64,000 bases of DNA from an uncultured Candidatus Saccharibacteria bacterium (GCA_964401285.1 CAYNXY010000001.1:3342-67341), one strand, 5' to 3'. Shown: positions 50,218-59,383, counted from the stretch's first letter. Notes: a model not told the origin generated them from the letters alone. A program made the numbers and translations.

Positions 50218-51507
50218 TTACTCTTTTTTCCTTAAAAACGCCGGGCTTTCCCAGCGCTTTTCTCTCTTCAAAAGCTCTTTTTCAATTTCTTTAAGGTCTT
50301 TTTGTACTTCAAGTGCGTTTTTTCTTACTTTTTCCTTATCCTCCTCTTCTTCCTTTTTTTCTTTCTGATTTTTCTTCTGGGCCACGCTTACTTTTTTCTT
50401 CTCCGGCTCTTTCTTCTCCGGCTCTTTCTTCTCCGACATTCTTTTTTTTTCTTCTTCTTTTTGCCCAACACCACCTTTTATCTCACCTTGGCTGGGTTCT
50501 AAAAACAATCCCTCCATCCAACATCCGACTGACAAGAGGGTAACATCAAGCTGGTTTTTACCTCGAACCAGGTCCACTCCAAAGATAACTCGAGAGTCTT
50601 CTTCTTTAGTTTGTTTAGCAATCGTCTCCGAAATCTCTGCTACCTCAGAAAGCGAAAGATTTTCCGGAGCACTGATATTAAAAAGTATTCTGTCCGCGCT
50701 TGAGATATCGTAAGGGTAAAGCGGATTTTCAAGTAAGTTCCTAAGCACAGCTTTCACTCTACCTTTTCCCCCAGCCTGAGCCCTCGTAAGGTAAGAAAGC
50801 GAGCGTTCTCCTCGTAAAATAGTTTCCAAGTCGGCAAAATCAATATTTATAAGGCCGGGGCTGTGAATCATTTCTATCAACCCTTCCAAACTGTTCCCTA
50901 TTGAGTAATTTATGCTTGAAAGAGCTTTCTTGATGGGCACCTTCTCATCCACAACCTGAAACACTCTTTGATTAGGGATAACCGCTAAAGCGTGAAGTAA
51001 AAATTGAAGTTTGCTCAAAGACATCTTAGCGGTTTTTAACTTTTTCTCTCTCTCAAACTCAAAGGGTAAAGTAAAAAATCCATAACTTAGCATTTCTAAA
51101 TCTTGAGCGATCTCAGCAAAAACAGGCATAGCACCAGAACCGGTACCACCACCAAGGCAAGAAACAAAAATACACAAATCAGCCCCTTCCAGGGCTTCTT
51201 TTATTTTCTCACTGTTTTCTTCTGCTGCTTTTCGACCCATCTCCACATCCATCCCCGTTCCCATTCCTTGAGTAGTTTCTTCTCCGAAACGAATGGTCTC
51301 AATTCTTTTTTTACGACTAAACTGAGAAAGAGCCGACTGGTCCGTGTCAGCGATATAAAAATCAGTTCGTTTATACTTAGCTGCAATGTCCCTGATAATG
51401 GAACCTGCACCTCCTCCCACGCCAACAACCTTAACCTTGATTTTATGAATAGGGAAATCCTCCTTCTTCTGTTTTTTTGCTTTTTCTTTCTTTTTATTTT
51501 TAGCCAT
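50218..51507 (-). CDS. ftsZ: Cell division protein FtsZ with a long Lys/Glu-rich C-terminal extension
   Basis: GVGGGAGSIIRDI, tubulin signature SCLGGGTGSGAMPVFAEIA and a C-terminal low-complexity EKKEPEKKEPEKKK. Confidence 0.9.
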   Translation of the reverse strand: MAKNKKKEKAKKQKKEDFPIHKIKVKVVGVGGGAGSIIRDIAAKYKRTDFYIADTDQSALSQFSRKKRIETIRFGEETTQGMGTGMDVEMGRKAAEENSEKIKEALEGADLCIFVSCLGGGTGSGAMPVFAEIAQDLEMLSYGFFTLPFEFEREKKLKTAKMSLSKLQFLLHALAVIPNQRVFQVVDEKVPIKKALSSINYSIGNSLEGLIEMIHSPGLINIDFADLETILRGERSLSYLTRAQAGGKGRVKAVLRNLLENPLYPYDISSADRILFNISAPENLSLSEVAEISETIAKQTKEEDSRVIFGVDLVRGKNQLDVTLLSVGCWMEGLFLEPSQGEIKGGVGQKEEEKKRMSEKKEPEKKEPEKKKVSVAQKKNQKEKKEEEEDKEKVRKNALEVQKDLKEIEKELLKREKRWESPAFLRKKE

Positions 51508-51985
51508 ATTTTTTAATAATAAGGGTTTTTAAAAAAGTTTGCAATAAATATTCTTCTAAAACCAAAGTAACCGGTCCACTATTCACAAGCTCGACTTCCA
51601 TGTAAGCACCGAATTCCCCCGTTTCCACGTTCAGCCCGGTCCTTTCAAGCTCTTCTACAAAGTTCTCGTACACCCTCTGGGCTTTTTCCGGTTGAGCCGC
51701 CTTGTTAAAACTCGGTCTCCGTCCCTTGCTTGTATCAGCGTGAAGAGTAAACTGAGGCACTACTAGAACCTCCCCGTCTGTCTCCAGAAGAGAAAGATTC
51801 ATCTTCCCTTCTCCATCCTCCATAATACGCAACTGGCTGATTTGTTCGGCCATCGATTTTGCCTGAGAACTCCCGTCTTTTTGTCCTATACCTACTAAAA
51901 CTAAAAACCCCTCCTTTATTTTAGCCCGGGGATCTTTTTTAATATAAACGCACGCCCTTTTAACCCTTTGGATAACTGCCTTCAT
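51500..51985 (-). CDS. dtd: D-aminoacyl-tRNA deacylase
   Basis: MKAVIQRV...FLVLVGIGQKDG...SQFTLHADTSKGRRPSF...GEFGAYMEVELVNSGPVT. Confidence 0.85.
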   Translation of the reverse strand: MKAVIQRVKRACVYIKKDPRAKIKEGFLVLVGIGQKDGSSQAKSMAEQISQLRIMEDGEGKMNLSLLETDGEVLVVPQFTLHADTSKGRRPSFNKAAQPEKAQRVYENFVEELERTGLNVETGEFGAYMEVELVNSGPVTLVLEEYLLQTFLKTLIIKKYG

Positions 51986-51987
51986 AA

Positions 51988-52065
51988 TTTGTCCTACCTT
52001 CTAAAATTTTTGTCCTACCCCTGACAATTTTTCCTTAGTTTTGTCAGTAGGCCAGTTAGGACAAA
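51988..52065. promoter_or_regulatory. Repeat cluster upstream of dtd: two direct TTTGCCTACC copies 21 bp apart, an inverted copy, and a nested CTGACAA/TTGTCAG inverted repeat
   Basis: TTTGTCCTACC at 51988-51998 and 52009-52019, and an inverted TTAGGACAAA at 52056-52065. CTGACAA (52021-27) and TTGTCAG (52041-47) lie between them. The cluster sits between the response-regulator stop and the dtd start. Confidence 0.5.
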
Positions 52066-52436
52066 TATTTTTCAACCTCCTCTACTAAAGCGTTGGGTGT
52101 GAAATTAGCTTTCATAAGATAGGCCTCAACACCCAATTCATTGGCCCTCACTTTTTCATCAGCTGCATCGTAATTAGAAAGGATCACCACCGGTATATCT
52201 TTAAGTTTCTCATCCCCTCTCACCTTTTGCAGAAAACTAAGCCCGTTTTCTTCAGGCAAGAGAATATCAAGAAGAATTATATCCGGAACCCTCTCCTGCA
52301 CATTCTCCCAGGCCTCTTCAGCGGTAAGAACGTCTTCCACCTCGAAGCCGGCTCTTTGGAACACACGACGATACATTTCCACCATCCTTTTTTCGTCTTC
52401 AACAAGAAGTATCTTTTTTTCGGAGCCCTCAACCAT
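52056..52436 (-). CDS. Stand-alone response-regulator receiver domain (CheY-like)
   Basis: ILLVEDEKRMVEMY...DIILLDILLPEENGLSFLQKVR...IPVVILSNY...K; 126 aa with no output domain. Confidence 0.85.
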   Translation of the reverse strand: MVEGSEKKILLVEDEKRMVEMYRRVFQRAGFEVEDVLTAEEAWENVQERVPDIILLDILLPEENGLSFLQKVRGDEKLKDIPVVILSNYDAADEKVRANELGVEAYLMKANFTPNALVEEVEKYLS

Positions 52437-52444
52437 ATTAACTA

Positions 52445-54079
52445 TTAATTATTTTTATCTTCTCCTCCGTTTTCCGTCTTTTTTTCTGCTTTTTTAGGGA
52501 TTTCCACATAAAAAGTGCTTCCTTTTCCTTTGCCTTTACTTTTCGCCCATATCTCCCCTCCATGAAGCTCTACGTATTTCTTATTAAGATACAAACCAAG
52601 CCCGGTCCCTTCCACAAAACGGTTCACCCCGGCTTCACCTCTTATAAAACGAGCGAATATTTTCGTAAGCTCTTCCTCGCTCATCCCTTCCCCTGTGTCT
52701 TGTACTTTCAACCTAACCTTGGAATCAACGGATTCTAAGGTTATAGTTATGCTACCCTCATTAGTATATCTTATAGCATTGTCTAGTAAGTTGAATACAA
52801 CTTGCCTCATCTTAACCGGGTCCACCCTTAGTTTATCAAAATCTTTCGGTTTACGCCACTTAATCTTTAAACCCTTCTTCTCTGCTCTACGGGATAACTC
52901 GTTTACAACACTTTCCACCACCTCACCCATATCCGTTTCCTCAAGCTCAAGTTCAAGCCGCCCTAAATCTGCCTTGGAAATATTTAAAAGATCGTTAACC
53001 ACATTCACCAATCTCTCGTTTGATTCAAATATATCTTTAAGCGGAGGGCGAGCGTCCTCGGGGACCTCCCCGTATTCACCTTCAAGTATCATCGAAGAAA
53101 GCCCCTTAACAATGGTAATAGGCGTTCGGAGCTGATGGGAAGCCATAGCCACAAACTCACTTTTTGCTTCATCTATTCTTTTAAGTTCATCATATGCCTC
53201 CCTGAGATTATCCGCCATCTCTTCCATCTCCTCTCGCCGCTTTATCTCCTTTAATACACTCTTAATGAGGGTCCATCCGAGGTAAATGAAGGCAATGAGA
53301 ATCAAACCTTTAAATATAACCTTGCTTGCTCCCTGCGCCAACAATAACTCTATAAAAAGAACTAAACTGACTAATCCAACAAGTAATTCAGTAGCTATAA
53401 CCCTGATATTAAACAAATGGTGCTTGGTAATAGCGTAGGCTATAAAAATAACCATAGCTAAGGTCCACATCGGTCCAATTTGATAATATCTAAAATTTCC
53501 GACCGTTGGCAATAATAGATTAAATACGGTCGCGAAAAAAACAGTAACAAAAAAACCTACTAGTATATACTTAATCTGTCTTTTTAGGTTTCTTTTTGCC
53601 TTTTTATACTTGGCAACTAATAACCAAAATCCTAGAAAAAAATAGAAAGAAATATAAAAGAAATATAACGGATACAAAGAACCAAAAGAAATTATTCGCT
53701 CTTTGTTAAAAACCTTAAACCCAGTAATAATATAGTCTGCATGTATTAAGTAAACAAAAAGAGAAAACGGTATCCAGAGAATAAAACTAATCCACTTTGG
53801 GAAGAAAGGCTTATTTTCAGGAAAATAAAGACAAAAATATAAGAAAAACAAAGCTGAAAGCGCTGCGGCTGAATAAGCCACCTTACTCAATAACAAGGCT
53901 GTTTCTGGAATATTAGTATAATAATAAACAAATAAGGGAGCAGACCACAATATTACACTTCCTAAGAGTAATAGATAAAAGAGGATTGATTTCGTAATCT
54001 TAGTACTAAAATATATAAAAACGACCAAAGCTAAATTCACTAAAATAGTCACTAATAAAATAGCAGAAGTTATAGCCAT
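52445..54079 (-). CDS. Sensor histidine kinase with a large N-terminal multi-pass membrane sensor domain
   Basis: About 8 TM helices, a coiled linker, H-box ASHQLRTPITIVKG and HATPase_c N/G1/G2 boxes (DNAIRYT...QDTGEGM...GTGLGLY). Confidence 0.85.
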   Translation of the reverse strand: MAITSAILLVTILVNLALVVFIYFSTKITKSILFYLLLLGSVILWSAPLFVYYYTNIPETALLLSKVAYSAAALSALFFLYFCLYFPENKPFFPKWISFILWIPFSLFVYLIHADYIITGFKVFNKERIISFGSLYPLYFFYISFYFFLGFWLLVAKYKKAKRNLKRQIKYILVGFFVTVFFATVFNLLLPTVGNFRYYQIGPMWTLAMVIFIAYAITKHHLFNIRVIATELLVGLVSLVLFIELLLAQGASKVIFKGLILIAFIYLGWTLIKSVLKEIKRREEMEEMADNLREAYDELKRIDEAKSEFVAMASHQLRTPITIVKGLSSMILEGEYGEVPEDARPPLKDIFESNERLVNVVNDLLNISKADLGRLELELEETDMGEVVESVVNELSRRAEKKGLKIKWRKPKDFDKLRVDPVKMRQVVFNLLDNAIRYTNEGSITITLESVDSKVRLKVQDTGEGMSEEELTKIFARFIRGEAGVNRFVEGTGLGLYLNKKYVELHGGEIWAKSKGKGKGSTFYVEIPKKAEKKTENGGEDKNN

Positions 54080-54867
54080 AACAATATTTTTGCTTTAATT
54101 GCCTTCAAAGACCTTCTCAAAGAATAAATAAACTTAACAACTATTGCGTTTTTAAATAAAAAAATATTTTCTCCTAATTTTTTGAACAAAAGCTTATTAT
54201 TAAGAATAGAATCGACATAATTCTCCACTTCTTCTCTTAGATAATATATTAAATAAACTGGTCTGTTCGGGTCGTTGAAAAAATTAGAAAGAGGATCGTG
54301 CGATTTTTCTGGATCATAAATTAACTCTTTCTTATTAATAACATGTACAGGAAGACCTAGTTCTAGTATGCTTTTTAGAGCCTTTCCCTTAATCGTACCA
54401 TAACCAGCTTTAATATTGTTTTCTCTAGAAAAATCTAGCATAGAAGAAATCAATCCTAATAAAATCAAATGCCTTGGTAAATACACCTTTTCAGAATATT
54501 TAATAGAAATTAGCCTCCCAATCTCACAGACTTCATCAGAAGACATTTTTTTAATCTCTGAAGGTTCTTTAAACTCATAATACTCTGTTCTTGTGGGCGG
54601 AGGGGAAATTGTTATTATGCGGGCGCTACCAATTATTTTTCCGTCAATCTCAGCAATAAAGTAATGGCACTTATTGATTCTATCGTATTCGTCAATCTCT
54701 CTCTCCTCTAAACTTTCGTCGTCTGGTATATATGCTTCTTTTTTGACATAAACCTTATATCTGAGCTCATACATCTTGTCCAGCTCTTCTTCACTGTTAG
54801 GCATTCCAAATAATATAGTTTTCAATTCCCCACGGAGATTGATTTTAATGCTCTTATACGCCTTCAT
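54070..54867 (-). CDS. GNAT-fold N-acyltransferase of the autoinducer-synthase-like (LuxI / FeeM N-acyl amino acid synthase) type
   Basis: MYELRYKVYVKKEAYIPDDESLEEREIDEYDRINKCHYFIAEIDGKIIGSARI matches the LuxI/FeeM pattern R-x2-VF-x(n)-E-x-D-x-YD-x(n)-G-x3-G-x-RL. The 265-aa length is in range. Confidence 0.45.
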   Translation of the reverse strand: MKAYKSIKINLRGELKTILFGMPNSEEELDKMYELRYKVYVKKEAYIPDDESLEEREIDEYDRINKCHYFIAEIDGKIIGSARIITISPPPTRTEYYEFKEPSEIKKMSSDEVCEIGRLISIKYSEKVYLPRHLILLGLISSMLDFSRENNIKAGYGTIKGKALKSILELGLPVHVINKKELIYDPEKSHDPLSNFFNDPNRPVYLIYYLREEVENYVDSILNNKLLFKKLGENIFLFKNAIVVKFIYSLRRSLKAIKAKILLWL

Positions 54868-54870
54868 GAT

Positions 54871-55569
54871 TCACAATTTTCTCCCTGAATTCAAAATCGA
54901 CTGATCAGCGTAAACTGAAAAGTCGTTAGATACATCAGAAAAGCCTACTTCTTGTAACAAAACTTTTTGTTCTCCTTTTTCAAAAAAATAGTACTCATTT
55001 TCCTGAGTGATAAAGTGGTTGTAGTAAAGAATCTTTATAGCTGGTTTGATAAGAAGAGTTACTTTAACTAAACTTTTTAAAAACCCTTGCTCTTTAAAAT
55101 TAAGCTTTAACCCTTCTAAATATATTTTAAAGGGACTCCAGCCCTTTTTAGGGTTAGCTATCACTACCTTCCCGTTCGGTTTTAACACTCTTATGAATTC
55201 TTTTAAAACTTCTTTGTGTTTTTTTTTCGGAATCGCGTATAAGACATTGTTACAGGTAATTTTATCAAAGTGCTCATTTGGAAAAGGTAACTTTTCTCTT
55301 AGGTCAGAAAGGACTAACTCAAGCACTGGATTTTTACTCCTACAAATATCGAGAGCTGCTTGTGAATTATCGAGCCCCACTACCTCTGCTCCTCTTTCTT
55401 CCAGCTTCAAAGCTAAATTACAAGTACCACAACCAGCTTCTAAAACCTTATCTCCCTCTTTAACGTCCAACTCATCACAAATAGTATTTAAAAGTTTTTG
55501 ATAAGGAATCAAAAGATTTAACACGTCATAAACTTCAAAATATTTTCTCCAGAAATCTGCACTAAGCAT
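54871..55569 (-). CDS. Class I SAM-dependent methyltransferase
   Basis: Motif I VLEAGCGTCNLALKL, motif post-I VVGLDNS and motif II ITCNNVLYAI. Confidence 0.8.
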   Translation of the reverse strand: MLSADFWRKYFEVYDVLNLLIPYQKLLNTICDELDVKEGDKVLEAGCGTCNLALKLEERGAEVVGLDNSQAALDICRSKNPVLELVLSDLREKLPFPNEHFDKITCNNVLYAIPKKKHKEVLKEFIRVLKPNGKVVIANPKKGWSPFKIYLEGLKLNFKEQGFLKSLVKVTLLIKPAIKILYYNHFITQENEYYFFEKGEQKVLLQEVGFSDVSNDFSVYADQSILNSGRKL

Positions 55570-55715
55570 TTTAACAATTTCTTCTATTTTACCTCAATTT
55601 CCTTAAAAATCAAAAAGAGGACGGGAACTCCCACTCCCCTTCAAGGTGTTAAAATTTAATACAACAAAACATTTAATTTTTCCCTTTTTTAGGGCTAAAC
55701 ATTACCTTGCTATCT

Positions 55716-56069
55716 TTAAAAATACGGTAAAAAGATTATGAGACCAATGATTAAGGCGCCTAACGCGGCAACTAAAACCCCCGCGGCCATTGTGTCTTTT
55801 ACAACTCGAACTTGAGGGCGGAACTCCGGCTCAACTATATCAAGCATTTTTTCAGCGGTGGTATTAATAAGCTCGAGAGATAAAACCAAAAAAACCATAA
55901 TTAAAATAATAGTTTTTTCCAGAGCGGTAATACCAAAATAAAACATTAAAAAGGTCACAAATAAAGCTGTTAGCAACTGAATGCGAAAACTCTGCTCCTC
56001 GTAAAAAGCGTATTTTAAACCGCTAAAAGCGTAGCGCAAACTCTGGACAAATTCTTGAAAAGAAAACAT
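55716..56069 (-). CDS. dgkA: Diacylglycerol kinase / undecaprenol kinase (prokaryotic DagK family)
   Basis: 117 aa with 3 TM helices and the conserved ELINTTAEK (cf. ELLNTAIE). Confidence 0.8.
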   Translation of the reverse strand: MFSFQEFVQSLRYAFSGLKYAFYEEQSFRIQLLTALFVTFLMFYFGITALEKTIILIMVFLVLSLELINTTAEKMLDIVEPEFRPQVRVVKDTMAAGVLVAALGALIIGLIIFLPYF

Positions 56070-56225
56070 TTCCCTTGGATTTATTTTGACCTATCACTCT
56101 TATTCTAACTTAACTTTCCCCAGAATCAAAAAAAGAAATTGGCTGAAGGCACTCAATTCGATTTCTTTCTCCCTTCTTTTTATTCTGTTATGCTAGAGAA
56201 GGGACTGAAATAAAAATCATATTCT

Positions 56226-57383
56226 ATGAGGGAAAAACATTTAAAGATTAAAAATTGGAGCAAGGGGTTTGCGGGGTGCCTGCATTTTCCTTTTCCCCAT
56301 TTTCTTACTCGATTTTTGGAAAAAACAAAAATAATTGAAAAATGCTTTGTTTTTTTTGGCCTGCTCAGACCCGTGAAAGATTTCAAGCTTTGCGAGGTTC
56401 CTCCCAGAACGGCTGTTTTAATAAAGGAGGGGAGAAAAAAAGGAATAACTTTTAGGGCCCTTAAAAGCCCTGCGGGGTTTACCAGTTATTTTTTGATGAA
56501 AATCGACGAAAAATCTTTTTTAATCGAAGGGCTGCCAAGAGCGGAATTTTTAAGCGGGCCCGCCTACGAGCTGGTAGACGACAAATACAAGGTTAAAAAA
56601 ACGTTAGAAGAAAAAGGGCTGCCCACGCTAAAAGGAGAGTCATTCTGGTGGTTTCAAAAAAAGAAGGCCCTTAACTTCAGCTCTCGCCTAGGGTTTCCCT
56701 TGGTGGTCAAGCCGAGAACCGGCTCTCTGGGAAAAAAGGTTTTTACCAATTTAAAAAACCAAGAGGAGGTAGACGCGGCCATAGAAGAAGCAAGCAAGTT
56801 TTCCCCTGCTTTTTTAATAGAAAAGTTTTTACCTGACGTTTCAGATTTTAGGGTAACAATAGTGGATTTTGAAAAAGTTTTTTGTTTTAAAAGAATTACC
56901 GCCCAAGTAATTGGAGACGGAACTCATACTATTTCCCAACTTATCCAAAAAGAAAACCAGAACCCAAAACGAGGCAAAACCCGTACCATTAAAACCCCTT
57001 TTTACAAGTTAGTAACAAACAAGGAAACAGAAAAGATATTAAAAGAGCAAGGTTTCTCTTTTTCAGATGTCCCCCAAAAAGAAGAAATCGTAAAGCTACA
57101 AAAAGACCCTTTCCTAAGGTTGGGAGGAACCACCACAAACAAAGTAGAAGTAGCACCTGAAAACATTCAACTTTTTAAAAAAATAGCCAGAACTTTTGAA
57201 GCAAGGGTAGTGGGAATTGATTTTTTAGCCGAAGACATCTCGGTTCCCTGGCAAAAACAAACTTGTGCTGTTTTAGAGCTCAACAGCTTGCCGGGGATCA
57301 TCGGCCACCATTTCCCCTCTTCCGGCTCCCCCCAAAATGTTGCCGGCGCGATAATCGAGATGGTTTTAAAATACTACAAGTAA
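56226..57383 (+). CDS. Stand-alone cyanophycin-synthetase-like ATP-grasp ligase (CphA N-terminal ATP-grasp module without the Mur-ligase domain)
   Basis: Collinear with the CphA ATP-grasp region: VIGDGTHTISQLIQKENQNPKRG; LRLGGTTTNKVEVAPEN...ARVVGIDFLAEDISVPW...AVLELNSLPGI; SGSPQNVAGAIIEMV. The protein ends there. Confidence 0.65.
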   Translation: MREKHLKIKNWSKGFAGCLHFPFPHFLTRFLEKTKIIEKCFVFFGLLRPVKDFKLCEVPPRTAVLIKEGRKKGITFRALKSPAGFTSYFLMKIDEKSFLIEGLPRAEFLSGPAYELVDDKYKVKKTLEEKGLPTLKGESFWWFQKKKALNFSSRLGFPLVVKPRTGSLGKKVFTNLKNQEEVDAAIEEASKFSPAFLIEKFLPDVSDFRVTIVDFEKVFCFKRITAQVIGDGTHTISQLIQKENQNPKRGKTRTIKTPFYKLVTNKETEKILKEQGFSFSDVPQKEEIVKLQKDPFLRLGGTTTNKVEVAPENIQLFKKIARTFEARVVGIDFLAEDISVPWQKQTCAVLELNSLPGIIGHHFPSSGSPQNVAGAIIEMVLKYYK

Positions 57384-57417
57384 AAACTGAATGTCTTTTG
57401 TCGGTTAAAAATTTAAA

Positions 57418-57442
57418 ACAGGCACAAAAGTGCCCGTTTTTT
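57418..57442 (+). terminator. Rho-independent terminator (GGCAC-AAAA-GTGCC plus CGTTTTTT) between convergent genes
   Basis: Hairpin plus T-tract, 35 nt after the ATP-grasp stop. Confidence 0.65.
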
Positions 57443-57460
57443 AGTTAAGCAACAAGATTT

Positions 57461-59185
57461 TTATTCTTTAACAGAACCCGATTCTTTTTCTTTTAAAACG
57501 TAATGCAAGGTTTTACCCAGGTGGGATTTAGGGATTTCGGAGATTTTTTCAATCTTTTTAGGAAGTTTATAGTAAGTAAGGTGTTTTCGACAGAAATCAA
57601 GAAGTTCCTCTTCCTCTACCCCATTTTTGCTCACCACAAAGGCCTTGGGCGCCTCACCTGTTTTTTCATCCTCTACTTTTATGACCGCTGCTTCTTTTAC
57701 TGCAGGGTGCTTGGACAAAACCTCTTCTATTTCCCGAGGCCAAACCTTCTGACCACTTATATTTATCATATCATCCAACCGTCCCTGGATGTAAAAATAG
57801 CCGTCTGCATCCATTAAAGCAATATCCTTGGTATGAAACCAACCGTCTTCATCAAACATTTCTTTTGTCAACCCCGGCTCATTCCAATACCCTCTAAAAA
57901 GTTGAGGGCCTTTAATCATAAGTTCTCCTGAATGTAGAGCCGGCAGTTCTTCTCCGCTTTCGGGATGTACGATTTTAACTTTTGTCCCCGGCAGAGGAAT
58001 ACCGATGCTTCCTACCTTCTGCTTCCCTAAAGGCGGGTTCATGTGAGTAATGGGAGAGCTTTCAGTTAAACCGTAGGCCTCTATTATCGGCTCCCCCGTT
58101 ATTTTTTTTACCTTTCTTAAAACTTCAGCCGGGCAGGAAGCAGCACCGCTTCCACAGAAACGAATGGAAGAAATGTCAAAACATTCCGGGTCCTTTTCAA
58201 TAAGCCCCATAATAGCGGAGAAAATAGCAGGCACCCCTGCCACAATAGTAATCCCATACTCTTCTATTGCTTCACAGGCCGGTTTAGTATGAAATTCGGG
58301 GAAAAGAACCACAGTCCACCCTTCCCGCATAGAATAGTTAAGCACAAAAGTCAGCCCGTAAATATGAAAAAAGGGCAAGGCGCCGAACTGCACTTCCTTG
58401 CCCGGCCACGTTGCCTTACCTATGAGAGCACTAATCTGGTCAAGGTTGGCAGTAACATTAAAATGGGTAAGTGGAACACCCTTGGGATCCCCCGTAGTAC
58501 CACTGGTATACATCAGAAGAGCCAAATCGTTTTTTGCTTCAATAGAAACCTTCTCGGGCTCCGAAGAAGAGTTCTCAATAAGCTCTTCAAAATCCAAGGC
58601 GCCGTTGTTTTTCAGTTTAGCTCTTTTAGTCGCCTGAAATACTCTTTTAGGCAAATTCTTAATGCTATTTAAAACTCCAAGGTGAGAAGGCAGATAAGCA
58701 CCAATATCCGTTAAAATAATATTATCAATTTCCAGTTTGTCTTGAATCTCAGCCACGCGACCCGAAAATATTTTAAGAGCCACAATCGTGCGGGAGCCGG
58801 AATCTTTCATGACTTGTAATAATTCTTTTTTAGTATAAAGGGGGTTAAGAGGTGAAACCACCGCTCCCACTTTTAAAGCCCCGTAAAAAGCAATAACGAA
58901 AGACGGGCAGTTGGGAAGAAAAAGAGTTACTATATCTCCTTTTTTAACACCCATCTTTTGCAGAGCAGAAGCAAAACGATCCGACTTTCCTTCAAGCTCC
59001 TTAAAAGAATGAGTTTGTCCGTAAAATACGAGGGCTTCTTTATCCGGATAATCCTTAGCCGAGGCGGACAAAACCTCCTGGAGTGGATAAGATTCAGGTT
59101 CCAATTCTCTCCCTGCCCCTTCAGGGTAGTTTTCCAACCACACCCCATCCATATCCTTTGCCTTTTTGTTTAAAAAATCATTCAT
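57461..59185 (-). CDS. Acyl-CoA ligase (AMP-binding / long-chain fatty-acid--CoA ligase family). The real start is possibly the internal Met at about 59152.
   Basis: AMP-binding motif LMYTSGTTGDPKGV, hinge/A8 GYGLTE and a C-terminal lid; 563-574 aa. Confidence 0.85.
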   Translation of the reverse strand: MNDFLNKKAKDMDGVWLENYPEGAGRELEPESYPLQEVLSASAKDYPDKEALVFYGQTHSFKELEGKSDRFASALQKMGVKKGDIVTLFLPNCPSFVIAFYGALKVGAVVSPLNPLYTKKELLQVMKDSGSRTIVALKIFSGRVAEIQDKLEIDNIILTDIGAYLPSHLGVLNSIKNLPKRVFQATKRAKLKNNGALDFEELIENSSSEPEKVSIEAKNDLALLMYTSGTTGDPKGVPLTHFNVTANLDQISALIGKATWPGKEVQFGALPFFHIYGLTFVLNYSMREGWTVVLFPEFHTKPACEAIEEYGITIVAGVPAIFSAIMGLIEKDPECFDISSIRFCGSGAASCPAEVLRKVKKITGEPIIEAYGLTESSPITHMNPPLGKQKVGSIGIPLPGTKVKIVHPESGEELPALHSGELMIKGPQLFRGYWNEPGLTKEMFDEDGWFHTKDIALMDADGYFYIQGRLDDMINISGQKVWPREIEEVLSKHPAVKEAAVIKVEDEKTGEAPKAFVVSKNGVEEEELLDFCRKHLTYYKLPKKIEKISEIPKSHLGKTLHYVLKEKESGSVKE

Positions 59186-59195
59186 ATTTTAGAAT

Positions 59196-59224
59196 AAAAA
59201 AACCAACATCTCTGTTGGTTTTAA
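59196..59224 (-). terminator. Hairpin (AACCAACA-GAGA-TGTTGGTT plus U-tract) between the C45 gene and the acyl-CoA ligase
   Basis: Perfect 8-bp stem with T-tract and A-tract on either side. It lies 160 nt downstream of the C45 gene and 11 nt upstream of the ORF-track ligase start. Confidence 0.5.
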
Positions 59225-59383
59225 AAGCAATAAATAATAATGCTAGGTGAAACAAAATAGCTTAACTTCCTCCTTTCACAAAATGTAGTTTTGAAGGTAG
59301 GTAAAAGTGTCATCCCCTCTTGTTAACAATTTTTAAATTTTAAACGATATCTTTTCTCATTATCCTACAAGAAAATAATAATG

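Noticed and set aside
50397-50437. Tandem 15-bp repeat CTTCTCCGGCTCTTT x2.5
   Set aside because: It encodes the EKKEPEKKEPEKKK low-complexity stretch of the FtsZ C-terminal extension and is an in-frame coding repeat.
56180-56386. 68-aa minus-strand ORF overlapping the start of the ATP-grasp gene
   Set aside because: It lies in the divergent promoter region and 5' end of a supported gene, with no homology signal and a hydrophilic odd composition.
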